Positions 1-10,200 of a DNA stretch of 49,534 bases are shown one piece after another. This DNA comes from Craspedostauros australis (Eukaryota). The stretch lies in contig JALAGF010000849.1 in assembly GCA_030167865.1 (NCBI GenBank), positions 1-49,534 of the forward strand, read 5' to 3'. The position numbers and the translations under genes were made by a program. The notes under the pieces were generated by a model. It was not told the DNA's origin and did no database searches. It saw only the letters and a program-made list of their open reading frames with translations. Position 1 is the stretch's first letter. Every line of letters starts with the position of its first letter.

Positions 1-771
1 ATCAACAAGGCCGCAAAGGTCTTGGGCGTCGAAATTGACGTCAGCCAGACCGGCATCAGCAGCATCGGCAATCTGTACGGTGACGGCCACTCTCCTGGTG
101 GCGCACCGTCGCAGGACAAGTGGGAGCAAGCCACGGCGGCAAAGATGCTCGCAGAAACCGCCGGTCTGTCGGACAAGCAGCTTGCGTACGCCCTCAAGGC
201 GCGCAATCGTCGTTACACTGGTGGCTACGTCGCCTTCGAAACTTGGATGCAGCAGGGCAAGGAGCTCATGCAGGACACGCCGTTGCTGGCCTCCGATGGT
301 GCATCCGAGATCGACGACAGCGACCGCGAGCACATGCGCCAGGCGCTCTCCAAGTTCCTGCGACCGCGCGAGATGGAAGCTCTGAGTTGGCGATACGGAC
401 TGTACCAGTCGGGCGTTGACATGGACGTGGAAGCCGATGCAACAGTGTCACAGCAAGCAACGGCCAAGACAGAATCCAAGCCAAGGATGGATGCGCGGGC
501 CAACGCCAACGAGTACCTGCGACAGGCAGAGCTCGATTTGTTCGGCAGCATCCAGGAGCCTGTGCCGCTCAAAAAGAAACAGAAGCCACAGCAACAGAGA
601 CAACCATCCATCCCAACCAAAGGACGGTGGGGCGAAGCCATGACATTCAACGAGGTTGGCAAGCACATGCACGTTTCGGCTGAATACGGTCGCAAGCTGT
701 GCCATAAGGCGTTGGAGAAGCTCCGCACAGCAGCAGAGGATGGTCGGTTGGAGCCGGGCCTGTTGATGTAA
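1..771 (+). CDS. RNA polymerase sigma-70 family factor, 3' part (probably nuclear-encoded and plastid-targeted); 5'-truncated by the window edge
   Basis: Frame 1 is open from base 1 to TAA at 769-771. Region-4-like motifs are ALSKFLRPREMEALSWRYGL and MTFNEVGKHMHVSAEYGRKLCHKALEKLR (canonical pattern L..RE..VL.LRFGL...TLEEVG....V.RER.RQ....AL.KLR). Plastid targeting is inferred because the N-terminus is not in the window. Confidence 0.8.
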   Translation: MNKAAKVLGVEIDVSQTGISSIGNLYGDGHSPGGAPSQDKWEQATAAKMLAETAGLSDKQLAYALKARNRRYTGGYVAFETWMQQGKELMQDTPLLASDGASEIDDSDREHMRQALSKFLRPREMEALSWRYGLYQSGVDMDVEADATVSQQATAKTESKPRMDARANANEYLRQAELDLFGSIQEPVPLKKKQKPQQQRQPSIPTKGRWGEAMTFNEVGKHMHVSAEYGRKLCHKALEKLRTAAEDGRLEPGLLM

Positions 772-1519
772 TGGGCCTCGACATCGCCACGATGGACCTG
801 CGAAGATGATCTCCCCTTGATCATTGAGCAGCGCATGCACTTGTGCGTGCATAACTACAGCCATGCGCAGCAAATCGATGACGGAGAAATAGGAATACAC
901 CACAATGCGTGTACAATACAACGCTACAGAGATGGTGTCCAACAACAATAGAGAATCACCGACAATTTCATCAACTATTCTATTATGTTTCCATTGCTGT
1001 GCGATCGGCGCACGTCAGACGGTTCGTGATGGCTCCGATCAGGAGTGTGTTGGAGTAACCCATTCCGACACGCGCGCAGATCCAATAGCTGATCGTAGGA
1101 TGGGTGCATATCCATCTCGCATCAACTGCATGGAGTACACGTATTGCAGAGTAGTCCCAGTGAGGATATGTGCAAACTTGAAGGGTCAATGCCGAAACGC
1201 TCAATCTGATACTCTAAGCTAGCACATGCTCGTGAAGGAAATTCATGACATTCCAATCCATGACATCACACTGAAACAGATGAACAGAGAGCAGCATCGA
1301 TAGCACTTTCCACATCTCCGCTCTCATGAACACCCACATCTTTAGCGATACGAAGAACCTCCTCTCCGCCAACTCCCCATGTCACATGATGACGAGGCAG
1401 AGAGCACCAACGGCAACACCAGATCAAAATGTGCGAAAAGCCGAAAACCGTGGATGTCGTCTTCACAACAAATTATTAAACTTTAATTGCGTACAATGCA
1501 GCAGCAAACAGCAACACCT

Positions 1520-1593
1520 GCTTGCGTAGCTCAGCTGGTTAGAGCGTGGGTCTAATAAACCCAAGGTCGTGGGTTCGATCCCCACCGCGAGTA
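1520..1593 (+). tRNA. trnI: tRNA-Ile (anticodon AAT, expected I34)
   Basis: Cloverleaf folds by hand: acceptor GCTTGCG/CGCGAGT, D arm AGCTCAGCTGGTTAGAGC, anticodon stem TGGGT/ACCCA with loop CT-AAT-AA (AAT at 1554-1556), T arm GTGGG-TTCGATC-CCCAC, discriminator A1593. No encoded CCA; a TTTT Pol III terminator follows at 1598-1601. Confidence 0.95.
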
Positions 1594-1851
1594 TACCTTT
1601 TGCCCGAATGCAGTTGCGCTTTGTTGATACGCTGGTGCAATCGTTTCGCAGCTGCAAAGCAGTTCTCAAGCTGAGTCTGAAGTTGCTACACCTCTTCGTT
1701 TTGTTTCTGCACTTGTATATATAATATTATAGAACACTATTCTAGTTGTTTTTGCTTGCACGGAGTCTCCAGTCATCTATTGTACATCCATTATCTATCT
1801 GCTTGGACCAGCTCCTCGCGAACCACCTAAAGTGGCGCTGTTGTGCGAGAT

Positions 1852-3897
1852 TTAGGCTCTCTTGCACCATCTGGGTTTGCGACTCCCGCCTTGCATCGTA
1901 GTTGCATCGTAATCCTTGTGTTGAATGACTCCTTCACGTTCAAGTCCATAAAGGACGCGGTTGAGCTGCTTTGGATCAGGTGTCGGCTGGGGCATGAGAC
2001 GACGAATGTCCAACACCGTCATGCCTTCTGGGTGACATTGTTGCAGAATTGGGTTGATCTGCGTCGCTAGTTGCTCGTCTGTCCACAATATCCTTGTGGG
2101 TTGCGTTGTGGACGGTGCTGCCGAAACGGCTGGTATTAATGGGGCTGGTGTCGTGATGATGTGTGCGTCATGCACCAAAGGTGATGTTTGGTGCCCAAGT
2201 GAGCATTCCAGACCTCGCTGATGCACTGGTGGAGATGCTTGGGCCGTTTCTATCGCTGGGTTGTGCTGGGCTGAACGGAACGTGACAATATCGCCTCCCT
2301 CATCGGAGAAGGGTTCTTGGCAATCTTGAGTGGCTGCGCTGTTGTGCGTATCTCGTTGATGGGCTTGCTGATGGGCCTGCGGAAGGATCGCTGGCAGATG
2401 CTGCGATAATGCACCCGAGGATCCTCCAGTTGGATTTGTCGTTGCTGGCGCTTGCGGGTGTGCGCTGGTTGCAGCCGACATTGCTGGCCCTTGCTGCTTC
2501 GTTTTGAAGATATACACACTCGCGCCGTTTGGGTGTTTGACTTCGGAGATGATGCCCTTGCTGTAGCATACGTTTCCCGCGGTCATGCGATGGTGATATT
2601 CGGGGAACATTTCGGTGTGGAACGCCTGAACCGAGACCAAGTCGAGAAGATCCGAGCCGATGAGCTCAGGTGTCATCCACTGATCGTAGGGCTGCCCGTT
2701 CTTCAAGGTAATCTGAATCTCCCCCGTTCCAGGCGTGACGACCCGTGCTGCTGACTGCAGGAACTTCCGCAGGAGCTCTTGGTTGGAACGGATGCTCTTT
2801 TGCAAGGTGTCCTGGTTTTGCTTCTCGCCGGTGTGTGGGAATGTGAAGAAGATGAGATCAAATGATTGCCGTTGCGGCAGTTCTGTCGATGGCTCCGTTG
2901 GCACTGTTGGCAGCAGCTGAGCCAGGCGAGTGGCATCGACCTGGTACAATGGAGGAGTATTGCAGTGCTGCTCTAGGTATTCGAGGATAGAGACCGCGTT
3001 GGGATACTTTCGCAGGAGCTGAGGGCGCGAATCGTAGAACGTGACAACCAGCTGATTGAGCCCGGCCTCCACCATGGCTTTCTGCTGCGATCCATCCCCT
3101 GAGCCAACACTGAGCATGGTCGTCTTTACTGCTTTTAGGCAGGATGTGAGCATATCACCGCTGTTGGTTGTGTTGTGTTGTGCTCCAAGCGTGCCAGCAA
3201 TAGATTGAACAGTTGCAGAAGAATCCGATTTCGACTTCTTCGATGCTGGAGCAGCTGCACCACCCTGTTTAGACTGCTGCTTTTGCTTTTGCTTCTGCTT
3301 CTGCTTCTCTTGCTGGTGTTGGTGTTGGTTCTGGTGCTTCACTTGCTTGCAGTTCCCGTTGCCTTCCTTGGTCACGCCCATGCCTTTGTTCTTGTTTGTG
3401 CTTGCCTTCTTGTTGTCCTTGTTGGCACTTGTCTTCGTGCTTTTCTTGGAACCTTTCTTGGAACCTCTCTTGGAACCTCTCTTGGAACCTTTCTTGTTGG
3501 AGTGGTCGTTGCCGGAAGTGCAGTTCTTGCTCCTCATCTTTCGCGATGCTTGGGTCGTCATTTGTCTGCAATTGGAGTAGTACGACCTGTAGCTGTCACT
3601 TGTGTTGCACGCCTTGTTCCTGGTTTGATGTCTATCGTTGTCGTTGTCGTTGTCGGCGATGGTGATTGCTCCAGGGCACGCTGCGCCTGCATACTCGGCT
3701 GCACGAGCATGTTGATAGTCGTGCTTGTGCAAATGGCAAAGAGGGGGCCATGCTCTGTTCGCTTCCATCACCCGTGTTGGTTTGGAGACAGCATTCTTCT
3801 GTCTCCGCGCAGACCGCGGTCCACGTTTGCGCGTCTCGGATTTCCACACGCCCGCTTCCATCACTGCGCTTGCAAGTCTCGTGCATCGTCGTAACAT
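1852..3897 (-). CDS. Bmt5/DUF2431-like (rRNA uridine-N3 methyltransferase-like) protein with a C-terminal Z-alpha-like winged-helix domain; true start uncertain, possibly a downstream Met
   Basis: About 2505-3120 reads LSVGSGDGS...TFYDS..LLRKYP...VDATRL...FDLIFFTFPHTG...IRSNQELLRKFLQSA...GEIQITLKNGQPYDQW...FPEYHH, matching the ordered DUF2431 motifs. The last 76 aa (1855-2082) contain PKQLNRVLYGLEREGVI...KPRW, matching the Z-alpha signature. The N-terminus is Lys/Gln-rich and low complexity. Confidence 0.85.
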   Translation of the reverse strand: MLRRCTRLASAVMEAGVWKSETRKRGPRSARRQKNAVSKPTRVMEANRAWPPLCHLHKHDYQHARAAEYAGAACPGAITIADNDNDNDRHQTRNKACNTSDSYRSYYSNCRQMTTQASRKMRSKNCTSGNDHSNKKGSKRGSKRGSKKGSKKSTKTSANKDNKKASTNKNKGMGVTKEGNGNCKQVKHQNQHQHQQEKQKQKQKQKQQSKQGGAAAPASKKSKSDSSATVQSIAGTLGAQHNTTNSGDMLTSCLKAVKTTMLSVGSGDGSQQKAMVEAGLNQLVVTFYDSRPQLLRKYPNAVSILEYLEQHCNTPPLYQVDATRLAQLLPTVPTEPSTELPQRQSFDLIFFTFPHTGEKQNQDTLQKSIRSNQELLRKFLQSAARVVTPGTGEIQITLKNGQPYDQWMTPELIGSDLLDLVSVQAFHTEMFPEYHHRMTAGNVCYSKGIISEVKHPNGASVYIFKTKQQGPAMSAATSAHPQAPATTNPTGGSSGALSQHLPAILPQAHQQAHQRDTHNSAATQDCQEPFSDEGGDIVTFRSAQHNPAIETAQASPPVHQRGLECSLGHQTSPLVHDAHIITTPAPLIPAVSAAPSTTQPTRILWTDEQLATQINPILQQCHPEGMTVLDIRRLMPQPTPDPKQLNRVLYGLEREGVIQHKDYDATTMQGGSRKPRWCKRA
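3443..3496. repeat. Coding 12-bp tandem repeat (about 4.5 copies) encoding KKGS/KRGS
   Basis: (T/C)TCTTGGAACCT units read directly. Confidence 0.9.
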
Positions 3898-4471
3898 CGT
3901 GCCATCGTACCCACCATCGTGCCGTTATGTGATCGTGTCTTGGTCGCATGTTGTGCATGATCGCGTTTCATGTTGGTTCCGTGTCCATGATCGTGTACTA
4001 TACTGTTCTATACTGTTCTATACGATGCTATTCTATAATAGTACAGACTGGTCACGGTACACCAACAATACCCCGTACCCGCACGCTTCTCCAGAGAGCA
4101 AGTTGGATTCTGCATCCGAGAACGTTCCGATTATTTGGGCCGTGGCCATGGCCTGAATGGGCCATTGGCTTGGCTCGTCGGCGCCTGCGATCTGCTGGTA
4201 ACGTCGACTCCAAGGGAGTAGTTCTCATGATGTTCCAAAGGTTGAATGAGAATGGTTCGCTCCCAACGAGGATTGCCATTGACTGCACAAAATGCTAGGG
4301 TACTTGTATTACTATGTATGGTATCGTGTTAGTATGGTGCGCTCTCCTCCTCCTCTTCCTCCTCCTGCTGCTATTCCTCTGCATTCCCAACTACCACTTG
4401 TGTGTGCGTGTGCGCGCGCGTTCGTTCCCAGCACAGAAAGCAAGACACGCAGCGCACACTGTGTGCCTCGC

Positions 4472-6148
4472 TCACGGCGTCTTCAACGGAACCTTCTTGA
4501 GCGTATCCATCGAGCTGAGCAAACCTTCCAAGTTCTTGATACGGTCACGCTCCTGCTGGACTTGGGATTTCATGATTTCAACTCGCTGCCCCAACTCCCC
4601 GTCTTGGTTCTTGCTGGCGTCGTACGTTGCCGCTGTCATCTCTCTGACCTTCTCTTGGAGCTGCTCAACCTGCCGTTGGCGTTCTTCGTTTGACATCGTG
4701 CTGTGTTGGAGGTCGCGGTCCTTTTGCTGCTTCGAGCGCAGTCTGTTCATCTCCTCGATGGCTGTCTCGAACGTGGAAGGACTGCCGCTTGCATTGGTTG
4801 TGGACGTCTTCTTGTGATGCTTTCTGCCGCTACGGCTGCTGCTCTTACCATGGCGACCACGAGCGTCGCCAATTTCATTCGGTTCAAGCTTGATGAGGAC
4901 GACGTTGACAGTGGACTCTCTGTCTGCGGTTGATGAGGACGTGGAGGCGGACGACGAGGCTGGAACCTGCAGCTGCGAGGCGTCATTGTCGTAAGCCGCA
5001 GCAGCAGCATCGCCATCCAGCTCTTGCTCCTCCTGCACCCGTTGCAGTTGTTGCACGGGGACGGAAAAGGAGTGCTGCATGGGGCGCCTCTGGAGCTGCC
5101 GCTGCAGTTCGAGCTGCTTGGCGTGCAGCATCTCGATTTCCTTGTCCTGCATGCGGATCAGCTCACGGTAGCTGTCGAGGGAGGACTCGTGGTGCTGCTT
5201 CTGCTGCTCCAGGGTCTTGAATATGGAGTGCACGTGCTGGCGGGTGTTCTTGACGAAGTCCGAGTGCTTCCTCCTGAGCTTGGAGTACTCCTTGGCCATC
5301 TTGGTGAGCTTCTTTCGCAGCTTCTGGACCTTCTCGGCATGCTCGGCGACCTCTTCCTGCTCCGCAGCGTCGGCCGTCTGCTCGATCTCGACGGGCTCCT
5401 TGAAGTGCACCGAGGCCGGGGCAGGTCCAGTCTTGGGTTCGGCGGCGATCACTTTGCCGTTGTCCGCGTCCTTCGTGAGACCATCGATCTTGGCAACCGC
5501 GGCAGCGACGCCCTGGCTTTCGCGCTTCGTGCGGTCATCCTGGTGCTCGTCGGTCTTGGTGTGGGCCGCGTCGTCGTCGAACAGACGCCTGCTGGCCGAC
5601 TCGCTGTTGCTCTGCTTGGCGGTGTCGCGCTTCTGCGCAGCGGCAGCGAGCATGTCCTGGTATCGGCGCAGGAAGGGCGATGCGGACGTGTGCGAAGACG
5701 AGCCGTACGAGCACCACGACCCATCATCGCCGATCGGAACGGTGGAGGCGGTCGAGCCGCTGTCGCCGCGGCCTGAAATGGGCGGAGGCTGCGTTGGTGT
5801 CAGAGTGGGCGTGAGCACCGACGATGGTGTGGAAGCCAGCGACGACACTGTTGCCGGCGTCGGGGGCGTGCCCTTCCTTGCGCTCCCGGCCGCCACCGCT
5901 CCCTTGTTCGGATGGATGGATCGTGGCGGAGTGTCCTTCCCGATCACTGGCATGGTGGGGTTGGGAGCTGCGCCTCCACCGGTTGCGCCATGCGTCTCGG
6001 ACGCCGTTCGGGGCTTGCTGGGATCCGCGCGTCCATGGTCGAACTGCCGCACCATCTTGGTGGGTGATCGCGGAGGCGAGAGCGAGATCACGGACTTCTC
6101 CCCCGTGGCCGCGTTCATGGGTGCTGGCGTGGTTTGGGATGATGGCAT
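4472..6148 (-). CDS. Hypothetical protein with a Pro/Ser/Thr-rich disordered N-terminus and two coiled-coil segments
   Basis: Long ORF (open to 6355 from a TTG; first ATG at 6148, MPSSQTT). Heptad-like stretches are AEKVQKLRKKLTKMAKEYSKLRRK..LELQRQLQ and IEEMNRLRSKQQ..IKNLEGLL. Codon third positions are GC-rich. Confidence 0.7.
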   Translation of the reverse strand: MPSSQTTPAPMNAATGEKSVISLSPPRSPTKMVRQFDHGRADPSKPRTASETHGATGGGAAPNPTMPVIGKDTPPRSIHPNKGAVAAGSARKGTPPTPATVSSLASTPSSVLTPTLTPTQPPPISGRGDSGSTASTVPIGDDGSWCSYGSSSHTSASPFLRRYQDMLAAAAQKRDTAKQSNSESASRRLFDDDAAHTKTDEHQDDRTKRESQGVAAAVAKIDGLTKDADNGKVIAAEPKTGPAPASVHFKEPVEIEQTADAAEQEEVAEHAEKVQKLRKKLTKMAKEYSKLRRKHSDFVKNTRQHVHSIFKTLEQQKQHHESSLDSYRELIRMQDKEIEMLHAKQLELQRQLQRRPMQHSFSVPVQQLQRVQEEQELDGDAAAAAYDNDASQLQVPASSSASTSSSTADRESTVNVVLIKLEPNEIGDARGRHGKSSSRSGRKHHKKTSTTNASGSPSTFETAIEEMNRLRSKQQKDRDLQHSTMSNEERQRQVEQLQEKVREMTAATYDASKNQDGELGQRVEIMKSQVQQERDRIKNLEGLLSSMDTLKKVPLKTP

Positions 6149-7293
6149 CGTTCTGTCTCGAGCTGTACGTGCGCCAGTAGGGACTGCTGGTGTCCAACAA
6201 TTCCTAACGACTACTTTTGGGAGTGGCTGATTATGACCACTCTCGGCTCCAGAGCCGGTGCCTTTCTCGTTCTGTCCGTTTCGCGTGCTGCCTCCTTTGG
6301 TGGATGCCTTGTCTGTTGGTCTGCCGCACTCAATCGACCCGCTCTGAGACGTCAAACACAGTTCCTGTTCCCCTTGTTCCTAATGTTGGTGTTGTGGGCA
6401 ATTCCTCAGCCCTTCTTGTTGATGTTCTTGCTGTTCTTGCTGTTCTTGCTGTTCCTTCCTGGTGGCAATTCTTTCCCTTGCTGCTCGCACCATCTCTCTG
6501 TCTAGTCGTTTCTCCCTTCCTCTTGTCCGTGTCCCTTGGTGTCACCTCCTCCTTCACACCACGAACAACAACGCTGACGAAAAGGCGAGTTTTGCCTTCC
6601 TGACGCCTTTTTACGGCCAGGCGCAACGGAACTCAACGCTTTCCCACGTTGATGGTTCGCGTTTGGTTTCCGATTTGGCGGCAGGACTGGTTGGAGAGGC
6701 ATTGTGAATGTCCCTACGAAGTCTCATCTTTGTCTCGTCGTTATATGGTTAGTCGTTGTGACACATGACCACTAAGCGTAAAAAGACCAAGTATCGCAAC
6801 AATCGTTTCAGACAGAAATCACGATTCAACTCACATTCCGACCGACAGTCTAAAAACCACGAGACTAGAAACCTCGCTGGCTCGAAGACAACCTGGCATA
6901 GATCGTGGTGATGCTCAAAGAGCGGTTGAATACAACTCTGCATACCCCTTGCATTAGCGTGCATTGCGACATTCTGAGATACTTCTCTACCATTATATAA
7001 TATACTATTATAGTGTGGTACCGTACTATACAAGACGATTCATCATCATATTTGCGCTCGTACGTAATGTTTGTGGTCTTATTCAATGCTCTGCATTTTC
7101 ATCAGGTTCGACCTTGTGCGAGGAAATTCGTGATGATCACTACCAACGCGAAATGCATTCATCCTCTTATTTCCTCTACTCTTACAATATCATTATAGTA
7201 GAGTGCATATATAATGAAAGTGTAGAGTGGGTATGTATCACTGCTGTGCAGATGCTCATGCAGCACTGTGCCTGTTCGTCTTCCCCATGCTTC

Positions 7294-10200
7294 TCATGTC
7301 TCCCAAGATATCACCGGCTTGCCCTTGGCCTCTGGCACCAATCTGGATGGCATCTTCATCAGCTGTGGTCTTGGCCGCATGGATGCGCCCATTGTGGAAT
7401 GCTCCATGGATGCGTAGTTGTCTTCGTCGCCGCCGCTGAATAAGTTGGAATTGCGGCGAACGCTTTTGTGAAAGCTGTCGCCGTTGGGAGCGTTGGGGTC
7501 GGAGGCTGCGCGCATGGTTGCATTTGGGTCTTCCGGGTCGACGCCGCCATCATCATCCGTGCTGTCAGTTTGCAGCACCCGATCCAGCAGGGTCGTCGAC
7601 TGGCGTTCAGTGGAGCGAGATTGGAGCTGGTTCGGGTAGTAGTCTGGTATGTCCTCCTCATCTTGGCTGGAGAATTGGAGCAGCTCGGCTGCGTCCTTCA
7701 CGACGCCCGCAGCGGTCTCGGTGACGGCCCCGACCCCGGCCATCGCCGTGTCTCTCGTCACCTGAATCACGGACTGCGCGGTGCTCTTTGGGTTGAGCAC
7801 GACGCTGGCTGCGCTCTTCACGGTGCCTTTGGCCACGTCCTTCGTGAAGCCCGTCATCTGCTGGGCCGCCTTCTTGGGGTGCTGGATGGCGTTGGCGGAT
7901 CCCTTCGCGGCCGACTTCACGCGCTTCACCATGCCCTTGAAGATGCCAGACTTCGATGGGCGAAGCGTCTTGGGTGCGTCCATGTCATCATCGTCGGCGT
8001 GAAAGCCAGAGCCGTCTCGACTTCCTCCCGATGACGACTGAGAACGTCGTTTGCCCGACGAGTCCGTGCCGAACCCTCTCGCGCCTCTCATGATCTCTTC
8101 CTGGTTGGCCTGCCGCTCCTGCATCCACTCGGATCGATGGGAGGAAGACATCATGGCGCTGCTCTCGTTGCCGACTTTCGCGAGACTGATGCCTTCGAAG
8201 CTCATATCGAAGCTCTCCATGGAGGAATGCCCCATCGAACGCCGGGTGCGCGCTGTGGACGAGCGACCGGAGTTGACGGACGCATTGAGCTGGGCTGACG
8301 CTTCTCCTGAGGATTGGCCGGGTGCTGTTCTGTCAGCGGTATCGCTATCTGCGCTCTCCATCGTGCTGTAACTGGCAGAGTTCAGCGTCGCGCCATCGTC
8401 CGATTTGAAGGCGCCGCGTCCTGGTGTCAGCGACAACGATGCGTTGCTGGCATTGAAATTTGCAGAAGTGGCGCGTGCAACACGCCGGGAGCTGTTCTTG
8501 TCCGCAATACCTGCGCTGCCTCGTGCACGCGATCGGCGGGACGTCATGGGAACCGGAGGTAAGTTGCGTTCAGCCGCAGATGATTTGACACCGTTTTGCT
8601 CAGACTGCATGCCTTGGCGTGCCGTTTTGCGCCTGTGTCGTGGTGAGGAAGATTGGCCACGGCTTCGCGGAGGTGGTGATACGCCGGCTGGCGACAATTC
8701 ATGGTTCAAATCCGAGCTGTCAATGAGATCCTCGTCTGACACCGACTGCGCTGGAGAGCCAGGAGAAGAAGAGGACGAAGTCCGGCTGCCACGACGGCGT
8801 CTTGATATCGGCGTGGTGACAGAGGAACTTCCCAAGCGGCGCGCCGAACCCTTAGATATGGATGTCGGTGTTGTTGGCGCTTGGTTTGGAGGTCGTCGAG
8901 CAGATCGCCCACCTGCCGAAGGCGTTGACGGTGTCGGAGGCAGCGACTGATCGCGACTGCCTTCAGGGTCCGGATTCCCAGCATTGCTGTCACTGGCAAT
9001 GTTGTTGTTGTTGTTATTGCTGTTGTTGGTGGTCGGACGCCGATGACGGCGCCTGCTTTGACTCTGGCTCCGACTTCGTTGATGGGTTGGTGGAGATGCC
9101 ACTGTATTAGATGGTGGATCTTGACCATCGCCATCACCGTCGTTGTCAGCGTTGGTTGCCCGGTTGCTGCTGATGTTAGGGTTTCGCCGCGAAGCTCGGC
9201 TTCCACGCCGTCTGCGTGATTGACTGACGCTCCGACTCCGTCGCGAGCCGGATGTCATGGTGGACATCCTTGTTCCCATCGTCATGATGGTGCCGCCGTC
9301 ATCATCTTGGTCAGCGCCATCGTCGGAGACTGCACGTGAATCTTCGAGCGTCGCCTCCAAGAGCGAACGGGTGGAAGGCCCCGTGTTCATTTTCGTGGCG
9401 CCGTTGCTCGGGCGTTTGGATCGTCTCGTCGATTTGCTTGGCGACGACTTTGGGGTTCCTGCATCAAGGTCACCCTCCTCTTTTGATTTGACAGTTGCAT
9501 CATCGTCATTTTCGACGTACGTGCCGTCATCGTCATCATTGTCGCCATCATCATCGTCGTCGGTCTGTGCGGCATGCTCATTCTGCCTGTCGCTCTTGCG
9601 ATGTCTCCGAGACTGATGCTGCCTTCGAGTTGACGACATCCTCCCGGAGACCGCACTGTTCAATGGTCCACTGGAATGGCTGCGGCGCATCGATCGCGTC
9701 CGGCTGGTCCCGACGGTTGCATCATCACCATTTGCATTGGCTTTGTTTGCATTGTCGCCACCGATGACATCATCCAGACTGGCTCTCGCACGGCGCCTCC
9801 TTCCATTGTGGGGACCGCTGGAGTGACTGCGTGCCACACCGCGCGCCCGCGCTGTTTCGGATGTCGCAGTGGTGACGTTATCATCATCGGCATCATCGCT
9901 GACTGGATCTGTACCAGCCGCTTGCGCCGACGAAGGTGGAATGGGAAGCGGTGGTCTTGGCAGCCCATTGTGGCCATTGGTGTTGGTGTTACCACCATTG
10001 CTGTGCCTCCGCTCGTTGACATCGCCCCGGCTGGACGATCTCCGGCGGCGTATGTCCGCCGCCATGGATCCTGGTGAGTGGCTGCGTCTCGCCGCTGCCC
10101 TTTGGCGCCGGCTCGTCATCGAGGTGGCCACGGTGCCATTGTCATCGTCGCCGTTGTCATCGTCGTTGAGCAGCATGCTTTCGTGACTGCCCGCCACATT

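Noticed and set aside
780-1500. Short ORFs between the sigma factor and the tRNA
   Set aside because: They are interrupted by stops in all frames and no family was recognised.
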